Part shown: one piece after another, positions 58,230 through 64,000 of the stretch
How the letters are laid out: each line of letters opens with the position of its first letter
Position numbering within the stretch: position 1 is the first letter of the stretch
Source of the DNA: Mayamaea pseudoterrestris
Lineage: Eukaryota
Assembly: GCA_027923505.1 (NCBI GenBank)
Contig: BROI01000003.1
Coordinates: forward strand, 1,116,001 to 1,180,000
Direction of reading: 5' to 3'
Length of the DNA: 64,000 bases
Translations under genes and position numbers: made by a program
Notes under the pieces: model-generated
What the model was told of the DNA's origin: nothing
The model's input: only the letters and a program-made list of their open reading frames with translations
Databases searched by the model: none

Positions 58230-58935
58230 AGGTGCCACCTTGGACCATGCAAGCAGCCTAGCTGGTGGTGTGTGCAGCAGTGCCATGCAGGTAGTGGAGC
58301 ATTGTGTCAGAATGCCATTGGCCCATCAATTTAGTAATATTGTCATCGCAGCAGCCATTGAGGAGAGTGTGGCACCACCAGCATGAAGGGAGCAAGCCTT
58401 AATGTCAAATGGTCTAATCCCAGTGTAGGACTGAGTGCAATGACAGCATTGCAAAGGTGCTTGTCATTTCCCCTTTTTTGATGCCAAGGGGACCACTAGC
58501 ACACCAGTAGGTAGCAAGCGGTGTTTGAGTGATAGCGCCATACTCAAACAAATAAAGAATGTGCCAAGCGGCAGCTAGCACCGGACAGCAATGAAATAAG
58601 CCGGAGCGGATTCGGCTGATGACTTCACCGCGGACTCCATTTTTCTGATCATCAAATGTGAACAACACCTGGGAAGCCACCAACAAATCTGCAGCTGGTG
58701 CAGAAAAGATGTCAAGCCAGCGTGAACCCAGATAGATTTGGACTGCACCTAGGTGTAGAGGTGGACTGTTGCCACCGTGGGTGCCAGAGTAGTCATCAGG
58801 GTGCATTAAGAAGAAGTACCCAGGGTGATGAGGTCGGCAAACATTTGCAGAGCAGGTGAGCCTGATCCGGAGTAGGCTTGGGCCAGGATGTCTTGCACAA
58901 CGGTGATTGGAATTGGTTGGACGTGACTAGGGGCC
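58230..58935 (-). mobile_element. decayed tyrosine recombinase of a DIRS/Ngaro-type retrotransposon
   Basis: Across frames: HVQPIPI, FADLI…FFLMHPDDY (FFLLRPGEY-like), FDDQKNGVRGEVI, CPV.A, TPL..Y, ACSLHAGGAT (ARSLRAGGAT-like), LMGQWHSDTMLHYLH (LLGRWRSD.MLRYL-like). Confidence 0.85.
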
Positions 58936-59179
58936 AGTGCCAAGGCTGTCTTCGAGCGAGCCATCATCCGTCATTGTTGGTTGCCAATGATCCAGTTGTT
59001 ACTCGTTTGTTCAAATTTATGGTGGACGGTTTTGGGTTGAAGATTGCGCTTTCTGTTGATGTTACCTTTTTGTGCCGATTAGGCCAAAGCAGAATTAGCA
59101 AAGAAAACGTAAGATATAGATTGCAAGTGTAAATGAGTAACTCTATAACATTGCGACAAAATGTGTTCAGAAGATTGAT

Positions 59180-62100
59180 CATCATTGGCTTGTATGAAAC
59201 TTTTGAGAGCTTCTGATAAAAGCTCTTCCTTGCCAAGTTGCACTATGCCAAGCTTTGACCAAACTGCCTTCTCGTTCCAGACAGTAGCAACATCTTTTTG
59301 TGATCAAAATCCTGCAAGCAGTCCACAAGCATAAGCATTGCAAGCACCTGCAGACCCGATCACCCTCTTCCAATGAACAATTGTTATCCAATTGCTTGCA
59401 GCAAATATTGTAAGCCACTTCATAGTGATCTTCTGAGACACATTCCAAAGCAATGTTCTTTGCATCAAAATTGTTGAGCTGGTCAACATAATCTGCAATG
59501 CATTCAGGATCACCACAAAGAGCTGATCTAATGCACAATGTCTGCAAGATCTTGCTTCCGGACAAAGAACCTTCATTCATCACAAAACTCTTTAACATAT
59601 CAACAGCCTCCCCGTTCAAGTCTGCCACCTCTAAGGCCACAACAGTGCTTTGAATTTCCTGCTTGTACATGCTATTCAAAAGACCTTTCATCACATGTTG
59701 GAAAAGGCTGTCCCAAATTTCCATGTTGCCTAGTACTTTACTCTAAACAAAGTCATTTCAAATCTTCACACGGTACTTGGCCAGGACGTCAAGAAGGCCA
59801 CGGCTTATACCATCAGGTCTCTACAAAAGGCTGGCTCTCAATTTTGGCAAGCTTAACAACTGTAAGAAGAGTTTCCTGCACAGAGGCAGTTGGCACAAAT
59901 TCCAGACAATCATTGAAAAAGTTTGGAAACTTGCTTGGCAATACATAAGCTGCTGCATATTACCCAATGCTTTTTGATGAGTCTCCCAAGCCAATCAAGT
60001 ACTTCAGCAAGTCTTTATCAAAGCCAAAGCAATTGCAGACCACATAAAGTAGTCGCAAGTTTGGAGAAGATTGGCTCATAAGAAATTTACACATGGCAGC
60101 TCCATCTAACATATGGCTGTGTTTGCAAAAATTCAAACTTCCTTCTTTTTGCCATGCTCATAAGCCAGGTTGAGGTAAGCCACATACGCATCGTGAGTAT
60201 AAGATTTCGCAACAACAGAGGAGAGGCTAAAGATTTCCATTACTTCCAAAAACCCAAGCTGCTCCGGTAGCTGATAGCCACGTTAACCCACACCGTATGG
60301 GACTCTTTTGAACCATTTTCTTGAGAAGTGCCTAACAATCTCTGACAGGGATCATTCAAAAACAATCATGGACAATATCTGGCTCCATTTTGCTTATGTG
60401 GTCAGCTAAAATGTGACAGAGAACCGCTGGATCCTTGTGGACAATCATCGCAACATCCCATTTTTCTAGATTCTCACACAAACTGCCAACCACTTTGCAA
60501 CCATAATGTGCAAACTTGCCAGCCACTAGAATAGAGAGAGCATACTCCATTTTATCAGCATCTTCACACGAAAGTACTTTCTTGTAAAAGAGCATCTGCC
60601 ATTCACTAAGTGCCGCAATGTTGCCTACATTGCGCAGAAAAAACTTGGTCATACCTTGGTAGTGACAGCTCTTCAAAAATGCTTCTACTGGGACACTAAT
60701 GTTGATCAAATCTTCCTTTACAAGCTCAGTAATGAAGTCAAAGGCTTCTTGCTTGCAACTGCTGGAGCCAACAAGCGTTTCTACCAGTTGACGGTAATCG
60801 ATCCGAGCATTGACTTCCCCTTCTCATATGCCACAATCTTGCTATACTCGCTGCAATCGGCACATCACGAAATCACTTTGTTGTGGCAAGAGGCTATTTT
60901 GAGAACCTGTACGGCTCACTCAACATTGTTAATCTTGACAATGTCATCCAAATCTTCTGATGCCTTGAGCTTCTTGCGTTCGACCAAATCAAGAATTACT
61001 ATACTCTTGTTGCTATCATCCATGGTAGTATTATACAACAGCAACTCAACTTCATATAGCCCAGAGTTTCTCCCAAGGGCTTTCAAAGCCATGTTGCCTT
61101 GCTTCATTGAAATATCACGGACAATCTCAACCACCAGCATTCGCAAACCGTTGCCATAAGCAGTCACAAAGGAAGCATCTGCGTCTACCTTTCCTTCAGA
61201 ATGACAGAGGCAAAATAAGTCAACCACATCATTCTTGTCAATAGACACACCAATGCGCTTTGCCATGTCAGCTGCGACATTTGTGTCGGCCCAAACTGCC
61301 CCCGCGGCAAGCTCATCTTGTGGTAGGCTGCATTCAGACCTAATATATCGCACCAATGCTGTATCATCAAATCGCAGACGCACCAAGGCCAACCTGCTTA
61401 TGCGTCCATCTTCAAAGCTAAGTTTAATGCATGAGACGTCTCCAGTTGACTCTTGCATGCATGTTGTGAAGACTTGTCCAGAATTTAGAGAGCCCTTGAA
61501 AATCATTGTCAGAGAGAGCAGGTCAAACATAAAAACCTCTCTGCCTGTAGATAGCAAAGTGGCAGTCCCATTGACTTGGCTGATGCACATGCGGGCTGGA
61601 GCATTCCCCGGCGCAAGGGGTATCATGAGACACTGATCATTGGCCAATCCCTGTCCAAACTTGTGAAAGAAAGTTTATGCTCCTGTTCCGATACTTTTTG
61701 CCAATAAATTATTACCTGCATGGGGGCTCCAGTAGAATCTTGGAGACACGTCAAGGCAGCAACATGAGTGTGGTGCCAGGTTTTGAGCTACATCCTTATT
61801 TTAATTGAATAAGCTGCGTGACTCCTTAAGCCATGTTCGCGACAGCATGAATTGCCAAACCACCAAGCAGAGCAACTTGGCCGTCATGCGAGACAGAGTA
61901 ATCATACGGTTTAATACACACATCCATTGGACGTTTAAATACCTGGTTGATTCCACATATCCAATGCAAGGCAGATGGAAAATCCCCAGAGGAGCAATGA
62001 TGGCCAGCACATCCTTGCTGATCCACTTGAACCATACCATTGCGCCATCTGATGCGTACTCATCTAAAGCAATGATATTGTGTAGTTCAAGCCCCTTGTC

Positions 62101-62624
62101 AGTGACAATGTAGAGGAATATGGCCTTGTTCGACCGCAGCGCTAAATAGGACGCAGTGGGTTGATTGCTGCCGCATCGACTGTACATGGCATACGCCTAC
62201 TCGATTTGGTGCCACCTTGGCTTACGTCAATTATACTTACATGCTTTGCCTCAATTGTTACCATCGAGCGGTTGGACTGCATGGTAGTCTGTAGATATTT
62301 AATCTTGTGGCGTGCTTGCTGTGGAAAAAGCATGAGAGGATGAGGATGAGTGATGCAGACATTATTGCCAGGCATGGAATTGATGAGAATAGATGCAGAA
62401 CTCAAATCAATGATGTGATACCCTGTGCAAGTCAACACACAAAGCAACTCCACTTGCTGAAAAGAGTGATGTCATGGCGTACGCGACTCACTAAACTATA
62501 GAAAACATTCGTTCACTCTTTTCCTTGCTCGCTCGCTCGCCACTACGATGCAAGCAGCTGCAGCAAGATGCAAGAGTTCACTTACATGATACTCATTGAC
62601 CACCATCAATGGATCATCCGCCAT
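59180..62624 (-). pseudogene. divergent, 3'-truncated clathrin heavy chain-like pseudogene with introns
   Basis: Colinear CHC-like segments: RRMPCTVDAAAINPTASYLALRS, WFKWIS, VVCNCFGF..DLLKYL, STVVALEVADL…LQTLCIRSAL…YVDQLNNFDAKNIA…YEVAY, AVWSKLGIVQL…EALKSFIQANDD. Many stops and frameshifts; GTAAG donors (e.g. 62585). Confidence 0.8.
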
Positions 62625-63319
62625 GGCTTGGCACGTTTGGCTTGGTCATATGGTAGACTGAAACTCTGCACAGCAAAGTATACTTGAGAGAGAAGACAAG
62701 ATTTCGCTCTCGGTTGGTGAGATGACCCCCACCCGTGGTATGGCCAAGAAGAGACGATTCGCAAAAGCGAGATATAGATTTTACAAGCTTAGAATAGAGA
62801 GTCGATTAATCATTTCTATCGCTTAGTTTTAGTAGTAAGAGATAGATGTGACAGAAACACGACAGAAACATTGCGACAAAATGGAGCTGCGGGAAACGAA
62901 CAGAAAACCAACTAAATAAACAACAAGCTTTCTACCTCTGCTTCTACGCTCTACTCTTTTATTCTCCATCAACATCGTCACTGTCACATTATCTTCTTTG
63001 TTCATCAACAAGGCGACCGACACACCGACAGTCACACTGTTGTGCCAATGGGCATCACATTTGGCGTACCACTAGTACTGCCCGCCATACGAACTGGATC
63101 CGCTATTGCTTCACAGCAAGCACAAAGAACGTACCTGTTGTCGTACTCAAGAAAGCCGTCACGCTTGCGAGCATACAAGACAATCCTTGTGTCCCTTGCC
63201 CTGCCCCAGCGCTCCTTGATCATCATGGCCATGGTCAAACCATTGCCGGCCTCTTGTCGACGGGTCACGATTCCTACACATTCATCCACAGTGATCAACG
63301 AGCGTTAAGTATATGAGTA

Positions 63320-63855
63320 CCGTTTCGGATAAACTTTTAATGTGCGAATAGTGTACGATAATTGTCCGAATAATTCCTACACTTTTCGTATATAGTAAAT
63401 ATGTACGAAAAATGCGTCCATGGCGATTTGTGCTAATTTTGAGCTCTTCTATCTCCATGATGACACGTCGCGGGACCAAACCAAGTATATGAGCTGATAG
63501 AGGGTGACAAGCGCTATAAAATTGTAGAAGGGTTTTCTCTCATTCACTACCGACATGGAGATATGACGACTCAAAGAATGTGTGTTTGCCTTCAAAACTC
63601 CAATTCGTACATTCTTTGAACATCAATATCTCTATAACCAAAATGATCTATGCTACCAAATTGATACATTAGATAGAGTACACCATGGTACTTTAGATGA
63701 TATAATGGTGTAGTCTTGGAGCCAGTATTGGTGGAGAGATCCCGCGGCAAACTTTGTTCGAATTATTCGTATATACGAATTTTGTCGGAAAAACTCGTAC
63801 ATAATTCGGGCATAATTCGTACATTTTTCAGGCATAAATAATTTATCCGAACCGG
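63320..63855. mobile_element. MITE / non-autonomous Tc1-mariner-type DNA transposon
   Basis: TIRs CCGTTTCGGATAAA / TTTATCCGAACCGG (13 of 14 match) with looser inverted similarity ~80 bp further in; TA on both sides (63318-63319, 63856-63857); AT-rich and non-coding. Confidence 0.85.
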
Positions 63856-64000
63856 TACAAAATATATATGCCCTTTTCATATCTTGTGTTGCAAGGCTTA
63901 TATAGATACGTCTTTTCATTGGCGGGTGTCAAGTGTGCATCACGTTGTGGTGCACGGAGCGCTTCCACGCGGGCGCGATGGAAGAAAGGAACCACCATGG

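Noticed and set aside
47800..63300. Endogenous giant virus or Starship-like cargo element
   Set aside because: No viral hallmark genes seen, the clathrin-like gene has introns, the YR looks DIRS-type and internal, and no element boundaries were found.

Overview
Eukaryotic nuclear DNA, most likely from a diatom or other stramenopile. This is inferred from short GT-AG introns, poly-Q/S runs, HA-domain and TBL-like families, and CoDi-style Copia elements. Positions ~2-47.5 kb are gene-dense and rich in secretory-pathway glycan genes: a GH99 endo-mannosidase with knottin-like repeats, a membrane SAM methyltransferase, three TBL/SGNH O-acetyltransferase-like paralogues plus a fragment, another SGNH protein, a sulfotransferase, a GT32 glycosyltransferase and a C-type-lectin mucin. 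The same stretch holds GDPD, SRP19, an LEA-like protein, an HA-domain/CaaX protein and a Zn-finger protein with an SBP-like C-terminus. There are two full-length, recently inserted Ty1/Copia LTR retrotransposons with identical LTR pairs. Copia-1 (34046-42905, minus) has a -1 frameshift signal, a PDZ-like insert and a QVDD reverse transcriptase. Copia-2 (50217-56801, plus) has non-canonical ..AA ends and a chromo-like domain. From ~47.8 kb onward the host DNA is decayed and CpG-poor. It contains a tyrosine-recombinase relic, a strongly divergent intron-containing clathrin heavy chain pseudogene and a TA-flanked MITE. No rRNA, tRNA or CRISPR array was seen. All calls are by eye, without database searches.
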